Position numbers and translations under genes: made by a program. Shown here piece after piece: positions 36,663-48,920 of a stretch of 64,000 nucleotides of DNA; positions within the stretch are counted from its first letter, which is position 1; each line of letters starts with the position of its first letter. The stretch comes from Phaeosaccion multiseriatum (taxonomy: Eukaryota; Protista; Ochrophyta, other classes). The notes below the pieces were generated by a model, which was given only the letters and a program-made list of their open reading frames with translations, was not told the DNA's origin and did not search any database. The stretch spans positions 2,914,001 through 2,978,000 of the forward strand of contig OZ218957.1 in NCBI GenBank assembly GCA_965112735.1, read 5' to 3'.

Positions 36663-38107
36663 TTACTGAGTGGGGTCTTGCTCCTGCTCCTCCCTGCTTG
36701 TGCGGTACTGGTACAGTTGAGTCGCATCGGTGAGGGCAAGCTCGCCAAGCACAGCTGTTGGTTGTACGTGCGCATGTATGCATGTATGTATGTATGAAGA
36801 CCACGGAAACACAGGACACAACCCGGGGGCAGAGGGAGAGGAGGGGACATGAGATGAGAGGAGGGGCATATGGGCAGAGAAGCGGAGAGAACCCTTTGAT
36901 ACATTGTACCCTGCAGCGGAGAGGAACTTTTGATAGAATATAGATACCCTGTACCCTACATCTTCAGCACACACACAAACGCAAACACACGCACGCACAC
37001 ACACACACAAGTCTCACCATAGAGCACTACACGAACATAAGCAAAGCGCGAACGGTATCACCACATGGCCTACCCACCTGTGTACTTGCCAAACACGTCC
37101 ATGACGGGCGCCTCCTTGCCGAGCGCCTCCTGCTCCTCGCAGCGTGCCGTGCCCACCCCCTCGAACACCTCCTCGTGGGCATGTCCCAAGCGAAGCTGCA
37201 GCAGGGAGGAAGGGAGTAGGGCATGCACGTACAGGGTTACAGAGTTAATTGGTGAAGTACATACTGTGAATTTTTGAAGGACATACTTAAGGGAGTACGT
37301 AAGGTGATGTAGATACACATTCGTAACCTCTTACCTGCAGCTGCTCCCACTCGCCCGACGCGCCCGCTTGGTGCATGGCCGCCCTCACCGGGGACAGAGA
37401 CGGGGACTGAGACCCCAGGGGGGAGGTGGTGGCAGATCCGTCAGAGGCAGGCCCCAGGGGGGAAGCATGGAAGATACCGCTGCTGCCGCCATTGACGCGT
37501 CGAGACTTCATCGTCCCTGCGAATGTTCTGCCCATATGACTCTTGCTACTGCCCGCCTCGATCCCCTGCTCCTTCTCCTGCTGCTGCTCTTGCTGCTGCT
37601 GCTGCTGCTGCTGTGAACGCTTCCTGCCCGAGAGGCTCAGACCTTTACCGCTGCCTCTTCTGCTGCCCGAACCGCTCCCTCCTCCTCCTGCTCCTCCTCC
37701 TCCTTTCGCCGCCCTCCTGCTTCTCAGCAGTGAGCTCGCTCGCCTCAACACGCCCGTGGTTGTCCCCAGCCCCCCCTTGCTGGTGCTGCTGCCACTCAGC
37801 CCCCCTGCTCCTCGTCCTCCCCCCTTGGTACCCCCTTCGAGCCACTCTTCGAACATGGCGTCGTCCTCCGCGTCGGCCCCATTCTCACCGTACGTAAGTG
37901 CGAGAGCGAAACTCGAGTTTGAGTCTCTCCTGCCGCTGTTGCTTCCTACTCCTCCTCGGGAGCCGCTTTCGCTCCTGCTCCCGCGCCGCAGCCCAAAGGG
38001 GCGCAATGACGAACGCAATGGGGAGAAGCCCGAGCTAGAGCAAGGGCTTGAAGATGCTGGGAGAGGCGTGTGTAGCGTCTGTGTTCCCTCTAAGACCATG
38101 CTGCTGC

Positions 38108-38141
<34 letters not shown>

Positions 38142-38729
38142 ACTGTCGTCGTCGTCGTCGTCGTCGTTGTCGTCGTTCTTGTTGTTGCTGCTGTTATTGT
38201 TGGTGTCGGGGCAGTCGGTGCTGCTGCAAGTGCTACCTCGCCTTGGTGTACACGTGCACGTGTTGGTTGTGGCGCCGCTGCTGTTGAGGTCCTCGCTAGC
38301 GAAGGTGCTCGCGGTGTGATTGGCCCAGTCCTTCCCCTTCTCCATCCCCTCTTCGGTAGGAAACGCATGAACGGTTAGGCCCACTTTGCCCTCGTCCCCA
38401 TCCCCGCCCTGAGCCTTGTTGCCCCCCTCGCTGCCCTTGGTGGCCTTGGTGATGGTGCCGCCGTCCGTGGAGATAGCAGGAGTGCCCGGGCCAAAAGCAC
38501 CGGCAGCGACAGCCGCGGCAGTAGCGACTGCCCAGGTGTCGGGCCCGTCATAGTCAATCTCTTCTTCGTCGTCATCAAAGTCACCTTCACTGCCGACTGA
38601 GTCTCCATCTTCGTAATAGGGATAGGGCTCTGGTAAGTAGTCGATGTCGTAGCACCGCTCCATGTCAAAGGCACCATCGTCGACATCCGTGCACGCCCCG
38701 CAGCAGAGCGTGGAAGCCGCCTGGCCCAT
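36663..38729 (-). CDS. Uncharacterised low-complexity protein with N-terminal MG..S..CC acylation-like motif, 3 exons
   Basis: ORF 37287-38729 starts MGQAASTLCCGAC. Phase-compatible exons 38729-37335, 37195-37078, 36754-36663 end ...DVFGKYTAVLGELALTDATQLYQYRTSREEQEQDPTQ. Confidence 0.6.
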
Positions 38730-40239
38730 GATGCTTTGCTTCCACCTCTGGCTTTCTCTTCCTTCCTACGTGCTCCCTTTCTTTCTCACCGGTCAGGCCA
38801 ACAACACTGGTACAAGTAGACTAGAGCCGCCGGTCACTCCACGGATGGTGGATGGAGTCAAGGAGCCTTCACTACTCGCGCATCCGCTCTCCTCTGTGGA
38901 TGAGGACCTATCTCTCTTGTGTGGTATCCTGCCTGTCTCCGCCGATGTTGTTCTGCTGGAGGAGATCCAATCCACCGACTGGAAGCCTATCGCTCAATGG
39001 CCCCGCCGCCGTAACTGATACGCGTCAAGCACCAAGTCTGGATTGGAAGCATAACATTTCCAGAAACTAGTGATGAGACGGGTAGAACAGAAAAGAGGGT
39101 GGGGAAGCATATTCCAAATTTGTAGTAGAAAGAGGGAGGGCGAGGGGTAGAGGGCGTAGAAAAGAGAGACCCACAGGGAGAATAGGCCTACCTTCTACCT
39201 TCTATGCATGCAGCTGCAAGTGCTCCTGCTGCATACTTGCTGCCGCTACTGCCCTAACGCCATACATGCACACAAGCCGTGGGGAGACGCAGAGTCTTCT
39301 GCTTCCTTTCTCACTCACCTGCTTTCCAAGTTTCCCCGTCTCACTTCACATGCAACGACTTAAAGCCCAGCCAATGCAGCTCAGTTAAGCAGACTGAGTT
39401 GAGCACCACCAACAACCGAAGAAGGCGGCAGCAGAAGCAGCAGTAGGAGCAAGGAGGAATGCGGGGAGAGAGACCGTTGGGGAATTTATCGTAGAAATTA
39501 AGGCGGAGCGTCGAACCTGTGATTTTCAGAGCACCAACTTGTGAGGAAAGCCTCGTCGGCTTGCTTCGCCTTCATCCTCGATGGCACGCAAGAATATAAT
39601 ACATAGCTTCTCTTCTCCTCGTGCCTTTCGGGATGGGGCAGCAAGGGGAATTTGGTCCCGTCAGCGCAGGTGTTTATGAAAACACTCGCCACCCACATGG
39701 CTGGCTAAGATGCTCGAGCTGTAATTACTGAGGCGCTAAACAGTGGCGCTCCAGAGGGCCCGGCACGAGGGATCGATTCGACACAGGGATTTGGCTGGGA
39801 TCAACTTTGATCCGATGGGGAGGACTGACGAGGCGGAGGGATACGACCTCGGGGTCGATCGGGGGTTAAGTCCCCAGGGGGGGGGGGGGGTCGGTAAACC
39901 ATAGATGGCACTTGGGTGTGTATATATTTCTCCCTCTAGATCCCTCATCCTCCTTTGCTCTTGACTGACTAAGTCTCACGAGCGTCTTGTTTGAGTAGCA
40001 CTCGTGTACTCTCCGTCTGTACTACTAGCTGTCGCGTGGCGATGATATCAAGTTCTGCCGAAAACAAAACAAAGCTGAAACTAAAGCTTCCGCCCTTGTG
40101 CCAGTGGCATTACCACACTGTGTTTTCGCCTTTATATACTCCCTATCGAAATATCTGCCAAGTGTCCCCCTTTGCATTTCTACGCGTTGCCCCTTCCGTG
40201 TTCACTAACTTCGACCCTGTGGAGTTCCTCCCAATCGCA

Positions 40240-40490
40240 GACCAAACAAACAATCAATGTCTGAATCAGCCAACCAATCGATCAATTCAATCAGCCAATG
40301 ATCAGTCAGTCAATCAACTAACCAACCAACCAACCAACCAACCAACCAACCAATCAACCACTCATTCAATCAATCAAGCAGAGACTAATCAACCAACCAA
40401 CCAACCAACCAACCAACCAGTCAACCAACCAATAAATAAATCAATCAATCAATCAATAAACCAGCCAGCTTATCAACCAACCAATTCATC
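40240..40490. repeat. (AACC/AATC)n compound microsatellite
   Basis: Runs of aaccaacc and aatcaatc; a similar tract lies in the ERG24 intron at 56640-56900. Confidence 0.9.
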
Positions 40491-40509
40491 AGTCGAGCGA
40501 TCAAAGAGA

Positions 40510-41671
40510 TCAAGCGCCCAGGAGCGAGGAGACTCTCGCGCCCGCACTGCTGACCCTCTGCCGGAAGGAGGCCCGTCTGCTACCGCTGCGGCTGCTGCTG
40601 CGACTGCTGCTTCGGCTGCCTCGACTGCTGGTGTCGCCGCTGGGGGGGGCTGAGGAGGCGCCCCCATCAGTCCCAGCTACAGCGGCCGGCGATAAGACCG
40701 CCTCTTCTGGTTCACCTCCTCCTACTCCTACTCCTCCTCCTCCTGCTGCTGCTACCTTCGCTGCTGCAGATACTTCCGCAACCTTTCCTACACCCGTGGC
40801 ACTGGCACTGCTGCTGGTCCGCTCTTGGGCCTCGCTAACACCACCCTGCTCGCCGCTGCTGTCAGCAGAGGGCCTTCCCCCTTCGCCCCCTCCTCCTCCT
40901 CCTCCTCCTCCTCCTCCTCCTCCTCCTCCTCCTCCTCCTCCTCCTCCTCCTCCTCCTCCTCCTCCTCCTCCTCCTCCTCCTCCTCCTCCTCCTCCTCCTC
41001 CTCCTCCTCCTCCTCCTCCTCCTCCTCCTCCTCCTCCTCCTCCTCCTCCTCCTCCTCCTCCTCCTCCTCCTCCTCCTCCTCCTCCCCCTCCTCCTCCTCC
41101 TCCTCTACAACCCCCCCTTCCCGCGTCCACAGGGGCCGTTGGCTGCATGACCTCCTCTTCTTCGCCTTTGACCGTATCACCAACTGCTGGACTTGCTAAA
41201 CTTGCTGGTCTTGCTGAGCTTGTTCCTGCCGCGGCCGCTGCGACGGCCCCTCCAACTTCAACACCGTCACCACCCACACCTTCTCCCTCCTCTTGCTGCT
41301 GCTCCTTCTGCTCACCCCCCCCTCCCGCGGGCGAAGCTTCTTCTTCTTGAGCAGCAGCAGTAGTACCATTCCTACTTGTGCCAATAGGGGTCTCCTCCTG
41401 CGCTTGCCCTGCCTGTTCTGCGTGTGCTTGCAACTGTCGAATGGGAGCGTCGGACTCGTCCGCCTGGTCCACCAGAGTCTCGCTCCGCTCCAGCATGGGC
41501 CTTAAACTTGCTTGACTCGCTGGACTTGTTGGACTCGTTGTATTCGCAGCAGCAGGGCCATCATCGCCACGCGGGTCCTCACCGCTCGTCTGCGTCGGGC
41601 CTTCGCCGCCTCCTACCCCGGCTGACCCCTTCTCCCCCTTCTCCCCCTCCTCCCCCTCCTCGTCCTCCTCC

Positions 41672-41728
<57 letters not shown>

Positions 41729-44700
41729 TGCTGCTCCTCCTGCTGCTGCTGCTGCTGCTTCTCCTTCTCCTGCTTCTTCTCCTCACTGCCCCGGACCGTC
41801 TCGCCTTCGACGGCGATAGTAGGAGCCGCAGCAGCAGCAGCAGCAGCAGTACTGACTAGGACCTCCTCTCCCGCTGCCGTAGTTTCGCTGCCATCTCCAC
41901 CCGCTTTGCTTGTTACTCCTCTCGAAGCTTCTGACTGGGGCACTCCTGATGGTTTGCTCGCCGGTACCGAGGCTGAGGACGGAGTCGTTCCCGACCGTCC
42001 TGCTCCTCCTCTTGGTGATCCTGATGCCGCCGCTGATGGCGGTGTCGCCGAATTCCTCGCGGATGCCGCCACTGCTGCTGCTGTGCGAGCCTTTGGCACA
42101 CTCGCCCTCCCACCCCCACCTGCTGGAATGGCTGCTGCCCCCGCCTTGCTTCCCTTGCTGCTGTTCCTCTGCTTCACGCCGCCCGCGGTGCTACTGCTTG
42201 TGACGCTGACGCTCCCCCGACTGGCCGCGCTTGGGGAATGGTGCGAGCGATGGGCGTGGTTGCCTGCTTCTCTGTCAACACTTGCGCTGTCGAGGCTACT
42301 TCTGCTCTTCTGCGACTTGTTTGCGCCGCCTTTGTCGCCCCCCTGGGGGGCGGTCGCTACGCTGCGCCTCCTGCTGCTGCTCTTGCCTCTTCCCCCCCCG
42401 GGCCTCTTGGTGGAGCTGTCCCCTCCTCCCTCTTCTTGCTTCTTTCCATCTTGCTCTACGCCACCTTCCGCTGCTGTATCACCAACTGGTGTTGCTGGCC
42501 CTTGTACTGCGTCTGTTCCCTCTCCTCCTGCTTCTATTGCTGACGTTGGAGCCGCAGTCAGCTGCTCCTCGTCATTGTCTAGCTTGTCGGGTACTGCTGC
42601 TGCTGCTGCTGCTGCTGTATCACCAACTGCTGCCTTTCTCGTCTCTGCCGCTGCTGCTTGGCCTTCTACAGGTGGCGGCGACGGCGACGCGACTCCCTCC
42701 ACCCCTCCTGGAGAGGCTCCTGCTGCTGCTTGCTTCGCTTGCCCCTTGTTAACTTGGGTGGAGCGTAGCCCACTCTTGTCCGCAGCTGCGTTACGGGGCG
42801 CAGCCACCGCTGCATCTTCTCCCCCTGCTGCTGCCGCTGCTGCTGCCGCTGCTGCTGCCGCTGCCGCTGCTGCCGTACCCTTGGTCCTGGATGTGCTGAT
42901 GGACGATCGGTTGCTCACGGACGACCGCCCGCCTCTTCTACCGGGCCTCGAACGCTCCCCCCCTCCTCCTCCTCCTCCTCCTCCTCCTCCTCCTGCTCCT
43001 CCTGCTCCTGCTCCCCCTTCCCGCTGCGGAGGCAGCTGGTACGGACTGTTGCTCAAAAACTTGGCCACCTCCGTCTCCGCTGCAGCCGCTTGCCTCCGAT
43101 CGCGATCGTTCATCTTTCTCGTCGTTGTCGAGCTCTGGGGTGACACTCCGGCTGCAGCTCTCTCCGCCTCCTTGAGTGCTAGTTTCCTGGCTCTTCGCAG
43201 GGCCCGCATCTTCTTGTAGGCCTGGCGACTGCGCTCGGCATTCTGAATCACCACCGCGGCAAGGAGCCTCCTCCGTCGCCTCCGAATGACGAGCCGCTCC
43301 ACTGCGGACACGATGAAGCGCGAAGCCTTCCTTCGAAGCCGCTCCCTCTGGGCAAGCTTGACGCGATAACTCGACTGCACCACCACCGCCGCTCCCTCAC
43401 GTATCCTCGCGGTTCGATAGGCAAAACCCCTCCCCACTGCCTGCAGGCGCGTCACCGCCCGACGATACGTGTCCACTTCGATCCTCACGGCCGTCCCTCT
43501 CACCCACCGCTGAATCTCCCTCGCGTATTTCTCAACAGGGTACATGAGCTCGAGCACCACTTCCTCCACCATCCCCACATAGGAAGGGTCACTATCTTCG
43601 CCCCCCCCATCCATCCCGTAGCCTCCTCCTCCTCCTCCTCCTCCCCCCCTGGTGCCCCCCCTTCTCGAGTCGTTGTTGCTGCGATTGCCCATGCCATCCT
43701 CGTCTTCATCATAGAAGAAGCCACCGTAATTGTAATCATCGAACCCCGAGTCGTAACTGCCGACTCCAACTCCTCCACCACCACTACCTCCGCTCGCCCC
43801 CCTGCTGCTGCCCCTGCTGCTGAAACCTTCGCTGGTATATCGCCCCCTCTGCTGCTTCTGCTGTAACTGCTGCTGCATCGCCAACTGTGCAGACTGCTGC
43901 TCTGCCCCCCCCCCCCGACTGTTATTGCGCAACCCACTCCCTCTGCCGCCGTCCACAGGAAGCAGCACTATCCGGAGCAGCAGGCAGTCGGTCACCCGTC
44001 GCCAGAGGGCGTCGGTTACTTCCGCCCACCTGTCCCGCCTGCTTCCTTTTCCATGCGATCTCCCCACCGCCGCCGCTACCCCTCCTCCTCCTCCTCCTCC
44101 CCCCCCCGCAGTGCTCCGACTGCTGGTGGTGTTGGAGTTGTTGTTGCTTGCCCATGCAGCGTGGGCACGGCGAGCGAGGGGACACCGAATCATGTGCTCC
44201 AACGCAACCAGACTATCCCCTACGCACTTGCGCACTTCCCTAGCGGTGAGCTCGAGCGTGTACTCAGAGCTCGTCACAGAGGTGTAGCATGTTACGGTGA
44301 AGCCCTCCTCCTCTTTGCTACTCCTGTACCTCTCTCTCTCGCCCCCCCTTCCTGTGCTGCTGTTGCTGCTGCTGCCAAGAATGGGTCCCGACCCAAGACT
44401 GCTTGGACCGGGTGTCGCCGCCGCCGCCGCCGCTGGTGCTTGCGCTGCTGCTGCTGCTGCTGCTGCCGCTGCTGCCACCTGTGCGGCTGTGCCCCTTGTG
44501 ACGAGCACCTTCATGTAATCTCCTCCCACCAGGCAACCCCCGCGGAACACGGTACCGCCGATCTTCACCAGGCGGTGGTGGGGCTGGTGCTGGCGTTGGT
44601 GCATCGCATGGTGCTGCGGGTGGTGTTGCGGGTGGTGTTGCGGGTAGTGTTGCGGGTGGTATGGGTGGTGCCCCTGCTCCTGTTGATGCCCCTGCTCGTG

Positions 44701-44964
44701 CTCGTGCGGCTGGTGCTGATGCTGCTTCACTGCTCCGTACAGGGGTTGGTCCGGATGGTGTCCCTTACGATGATGATGGCCATGGCCGTTGCCAGTGCCA
44801 CTCCCATGGCCGTGAAGAGCCTTCCCTGCAGCGTCTATGGCGCTGTGTAGCTCCTCCACTGCTGCCGTGACTGTGTCTGTGCTCTCCACCCCTGCCTCGC
44901 CACTGTCGGCACCACCCAAAGAAGTATCATTACCCTCTGACCCCTGAGGTACCTCAGGCCGCCT

Positions 44965-44995
<31 letters not shown>

Positions 44996-46266
44996 TTTCC
45001 CCCCTCCGCCTCCTGCTGCCGGGACTGGTTGCTTCTGCTCATTCTCGTCGAACGTGACGCCCCGCGCCCTCTTGCAGCAGCTGAATCACCTTTATGCCCC
45101 TCTTCCGCTATTGCCACTGGCTCCGAGGCGGGACGGGCCCCCCTTCCATCGGCACCAGCAGGCGTGGAAGCAGAGGCATCCTCCTCACCCCTGCTGCCTC
45201 CTCCTCCTCGGCCGCCGCGAGATGACCCTTCACTTGTCGCCGCTCTACTTGTGCCCGTGCTTGCCCCCCCGCCACCTTCCTTCCCACTCTTCCCCGCCGA
45301 GGGGCGTGTGGGTCGATGCCTCTCCCCCGTCGTGGTATCTCCTCCCCCTTCTCCTCCCACGCTGGAGTGGTGGCTGCGTTGTCTCTGGTGGCCGGGGCGC
45401 TGGTGTTGGTTCATGGCGCTCACGTTGTGGTTGGCTTTATGGGCGGCCGCCGCCGATGCGGCCGCGTGCATGGCCCGCGGAAACACGCCCAAGTGAGGCG
45501 CCTGGAACATTTTGGGCCGCAGCTTGCGTCGGTCGTACATCGACCTCGTCTTGGCAATGCGCTCGAAGATGAAGGCGTTTTCCCTCTCAATCTTGTCCTG
45601 CGTGCGCTTCCTCGATCGATAGTTGAGAGTGCCGGGCACGACGGCGTAGTTGCCCCCGCCTTTGCCCGACGGCCCGTACTCCTTCTCCTGCAGCCGGATG
45701 AGGTGCTCGATGTGGGCCCTCTCCTTCTCCGCTCTGATGCGAAAGTCCCTCTCGCGCTGCTGCAGCTCCAGAGCCAGCGGCGAGCCTCCGTGCATGATCT
45801 TCATGAGCTCTTTCATGAGGGCTTCGTTCTCCTTGGAAATGGTCGAGACGCGATCGTCTCGCAGCATGTGTCGCTTTGCGTCACTAAACACCTTCATCCG
45901 GGGAGGGCTCACGTCCACCACACTCGACGTGATGAGGAGCGCCTCCTTGTGCTTCAGAATCTTCAAGTCTGCCTCCTCCTCCCCCCTGTGCCTTCTCTTT
46001 GCAAGTGGGTTGGCCACCCGGGCCAGCTCTTCTGCTTTGGCCTCCTCATATGCCGCTCTGGCCGCTGCTGCCGCCGCCCCCCTCCCTCCTCCAGGCTTCC
46101 TTCGACGCCCTTCAGGGCGAGGTATTTCCCCCTTTTGCGGTGGTACCTGCTTCTGCTGTTGCTCCTGCTGCTCCTGCTCCTGCTGGCGGTCGCCCCCCTT
46201 GCCTCTCCCATCCTCGTGGTGCCTCCGGGCCTCGGCCCTCGGCAAACTGTCCATAACCACCGTCAT
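40510..46266 (-). CDS. 1918-aa protein with N-terminal CFAP97/Hemingway (KIAA1430)-like region, IQ-like motifs and long disordered tail
   Basis: RVSTISKENEALMKELMKI and TLNYRSRKRTQDKIERENAFIFERIAKTRSMYDRRK resemble CFAP97 repeats. IQ-like motifs: AREIQRWVRG, AVTRLQAVGRGF, AAVVVQSSYR, AAVVIQNAERSRQA. Confidence 0.75.
40889..41103. repeat. (CCT)n/(GGA)n tract of about 70 units; similar tracts at 13908-13978, 14644-14818, 59367-59426
   Basis: Direct inspection of the sequence. Confidence 0.95.
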
Positions 46267-46505
46267 CGACTCTCGGCTGCGGTATTCATAAGATCCCGGA
46301 GGTTCAGTGCCCCATCCTCCTGCTGGCGTCTCCTCTTCCCCTCTCTATCTCTAGAAAAGGGAAGCAGCAAAAGCAACGTGTGTGGGTGGTCTCGCAGGAA
46401 AGACACGGACGTTTCAGAAATGTGTATTACTTTTAGGCAGATGGCACTTGAGTGACACCCGATGCGTCTCCGATTTGCTTTGCTTTTTGCTTTTTGCTCC
46501 GTTGA

Positions 46506-47810
46506 ATGCAAGAGCAGTCGACGCACAAGCACCCAACGCAGGATCAGCGGCGGAAGTGGAAGCAGAAGATCGAGCCGCAGACGCGCGGGCAAGGCCATAA
46601 GAGGCTTCGGCAGGGGCAGCGGCAGAAGCAGGTTTGGCGGGTCGCAATCCAAAAGCGAAGACAAGGGCCGTGCAAGGCTTGTGCCGCGGGGCGCTTGCTC
46701 TCACGGGCCTTGGGGGCTGTCTTTCTGCTCCGCAGCGCTTTTTCATGCGAGGCGAGGACGGGCGGGGGAGATGGGGAGTGGGGGGGGCGAGAAGAAGAAG
46801 AAGATGCCATACTGGGGGTGCCACCTCTCGGGGGGCGGACGGTGGTAGAAGATGGAGGAGGAGACAGTTGCCGCGTGGATGACTGGTTTTCGCGGGTAGA
46901 GGACGAGGCACGCCTCGAGGGAATCGCGCAAAGCTTGGGCTTGGGCGGCAGGGATGGAGCCCACCCGTCTGTTCACCTCTCCATGATACCTCCATCGGCA
47001 CGAGTCAATGCCTTTTACCGCGACTACCTTGCTGCTTTCCAGCCTGTGGACATGGGGGAAGGGACAGGGAGAGGTGGAGAGGAGGGGGGGCGCGGGAAGC
47101 GGGGTGGCCATGGCGGCGGAGGAGACACTCTTGAAGACGACCACGACGACCGAGGCCCCGGGGGAGGCCACCCAGCACTCTTGCCGCCTCCTCGCTGCAG
47201 AAGGGCGACGCTGTTTGTTGCCATCTTGTCGCACCCCGACGCGCTGGACCGCAGGCAGGCCATCCGAGGCACGTGGCTCAGCGCCGAGGTCAAGGCCATG
47301 CACGAGGGGCGCTTCGGAGTCGTCGAGCACCGCTTCGTACTAGGGCTAGTACAGGGGGCTGGCGACGGCAAGCATTGGAAGGACGAGGAGGAGGACGAAG
47401 ATGGTTTCGACAGTGGGGGGGTGGGTGAGCGGCAAAGGGAAGGGGGAGCTCGGAAGCACAGCAAAAAGAGGACGAGGACGAGGGGGGGGGTCTCTGCAGC
47501 AGTGCGGCAAGAGGCAGCCGAGTTTGGGGACGTGGTGGTGCTCCAGACCGCCGAGGGATATCGCAACATTTACAACAAGGCACTGGGGGGACTGCTGCAC
47601 GGACTTGAGCAGTGCGAGGCAGCCCCCACCTACCTCATTCGTGCCAACGACGATGTGTATCTGGACTGGGCCACGTGGCTGGGCAAGGTCACGCCTTACC
47701 CGCCTGTGAATGTGTACTCCGGCATGATGGTGAGCGGAGTGAGGGTCCTGCGCCCCTGGATGTACATGAAGCAAGAAGCCGAGGAGGAGGGGGGGCACAC
47801 TATCCCCAGT

Positions 47811-47841
<31 letters not shown>

Positions 47842-48201
47842 GCGGCAGCACCGCCACCACTGACTCGACGGAGAGCATTCCCGAAAAGTCCTCTGCGGTG
47901 GACATTGCCACCTGGCCCTCGGACGTGTACCCCAGTCCGCTGGCGCAGGGCAACGCCATCCTGCTCTCCCGGGACCTGGCATTGCGTGTGACGGGGCTCA
48001 CGCGAAAGCCGTGGGTGCACCCCCTGGCCGATGACTTGCAAATCGGGCTGGTGGCGCATGCGTTGGCGACGACGGCGATTCACACTCCGGCCAGCTGGAG
48101 CATGGACGGGGCAAGGGTCGAGTGCAACGCGGAGGCGGCGCTTCACTTTGACCTCTCTGGCGTGGACGTGATGTACGCTCTGCACGATAACTACCTCCGG
48201 C

Positions 48202-48238
<37 letters not shown>

Positions 48239-48371
48239 CACGGGCGATGAAAGAGGCTTGGAGGAAGCAGGAGAGCCTCTCCCTCGGCCCAAGGTTCCCG
48301 GGGTTGGGGGTGCCGAAGAAGGAGGCCCAACCATCGGAATGTGCGAGGGGCTGACGGGGTGGGGTGGGTAA
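46506..48371 (+). CDS. Glycosyltransferase family 31 (beta-1,3-galactosyltransferase-like), intronless
   Basis: LFVAILS...RRQAIRGTW, RFVLG, EAAEFGDVV...EGYRNIYNK, YLIRANDDVYL (DDV motif), YPSPLAQGNAILLSRDLA, DDLQIG. Start codon uncertain. Confidence 0.88.
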
Positions 48372-48600
48372 TGGGTTTACAGGGCTCTTGTGTGCGTGTC
48401 GTTGTTGGTCGCTTTCGACGTCGGGGCCGGCTGAGCGTGTCGCAGAGAGGTCAGGCACGAACCCTTGAGGTGCTGCAGGATGTGGCGTCTGAGATGAGGT
48501 GAATGGGGCGGATGAAAGAGGTGTCTCTCGCCTGCCGTAAGATCTCACTGTCAGGGCGTTGGGAAGGGAGCCTGGCGACGGCCTAAACGGAGGGCCAAAC

Positions 48601-48815
48601 TGTCGACCCCTGACGCACTATCCGCTATCCGCTATCGCCCTAGCCGGCGCGCTATCCGCTATCGTTGGCGCCAGCCGGCGCGCTATCTGCTATCGCCGGC
48701 GCCAGCCGGCACGCTATCCGCTATCGCTGGCGCCAGCCGATCCGCTTTCGGCTATCGGCCGGCGGCCGATAGCGCGCTATCGAGAATGTGGGCGACAGTG
48801 CGTCAGGGGTCGACA
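48601..48815. mobile_element. 215-bp MITE with perfect 19-bp TIRs and 4-bp TSD
   Basis: TIR tgtcgacccctgacgcact (48601-48619) / agtgcgtcaggggtcgaca (48797-48815); aaac flanks both sides (48597-48600, 48816-48819); internal GCTATC repeats. Confidence 0.9.
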
Positions 48816-48920
48816 AAACTGGAGTGATATGTCTGTCATATTCGTGATCAACAATCAGATTTGATCAGGGGGAAAGCTGACAGCCCCCCAAAAAAAGGTT
48901 CTTGACGCACAGACTACCTC

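Noticed and set aside
39770-39950. GATC-rich, G-run intergenic stretch suggestive of a small element
   Set aside because: No TIR pair, TSD or second copy found in the window.
46462-46848. Alternative signal-peptide start MRLRFALLFAF for the GT31 gene
   Set aside because: Different frame from the catalytic ORF and no clear intron joining them; left unresolved.
48620-48790. CRISPR-like appearance of the GCTATC repeats
   Set aside because: No unique spacers, eukaryotic context, no cas genes; explained as MITE internal repeats.
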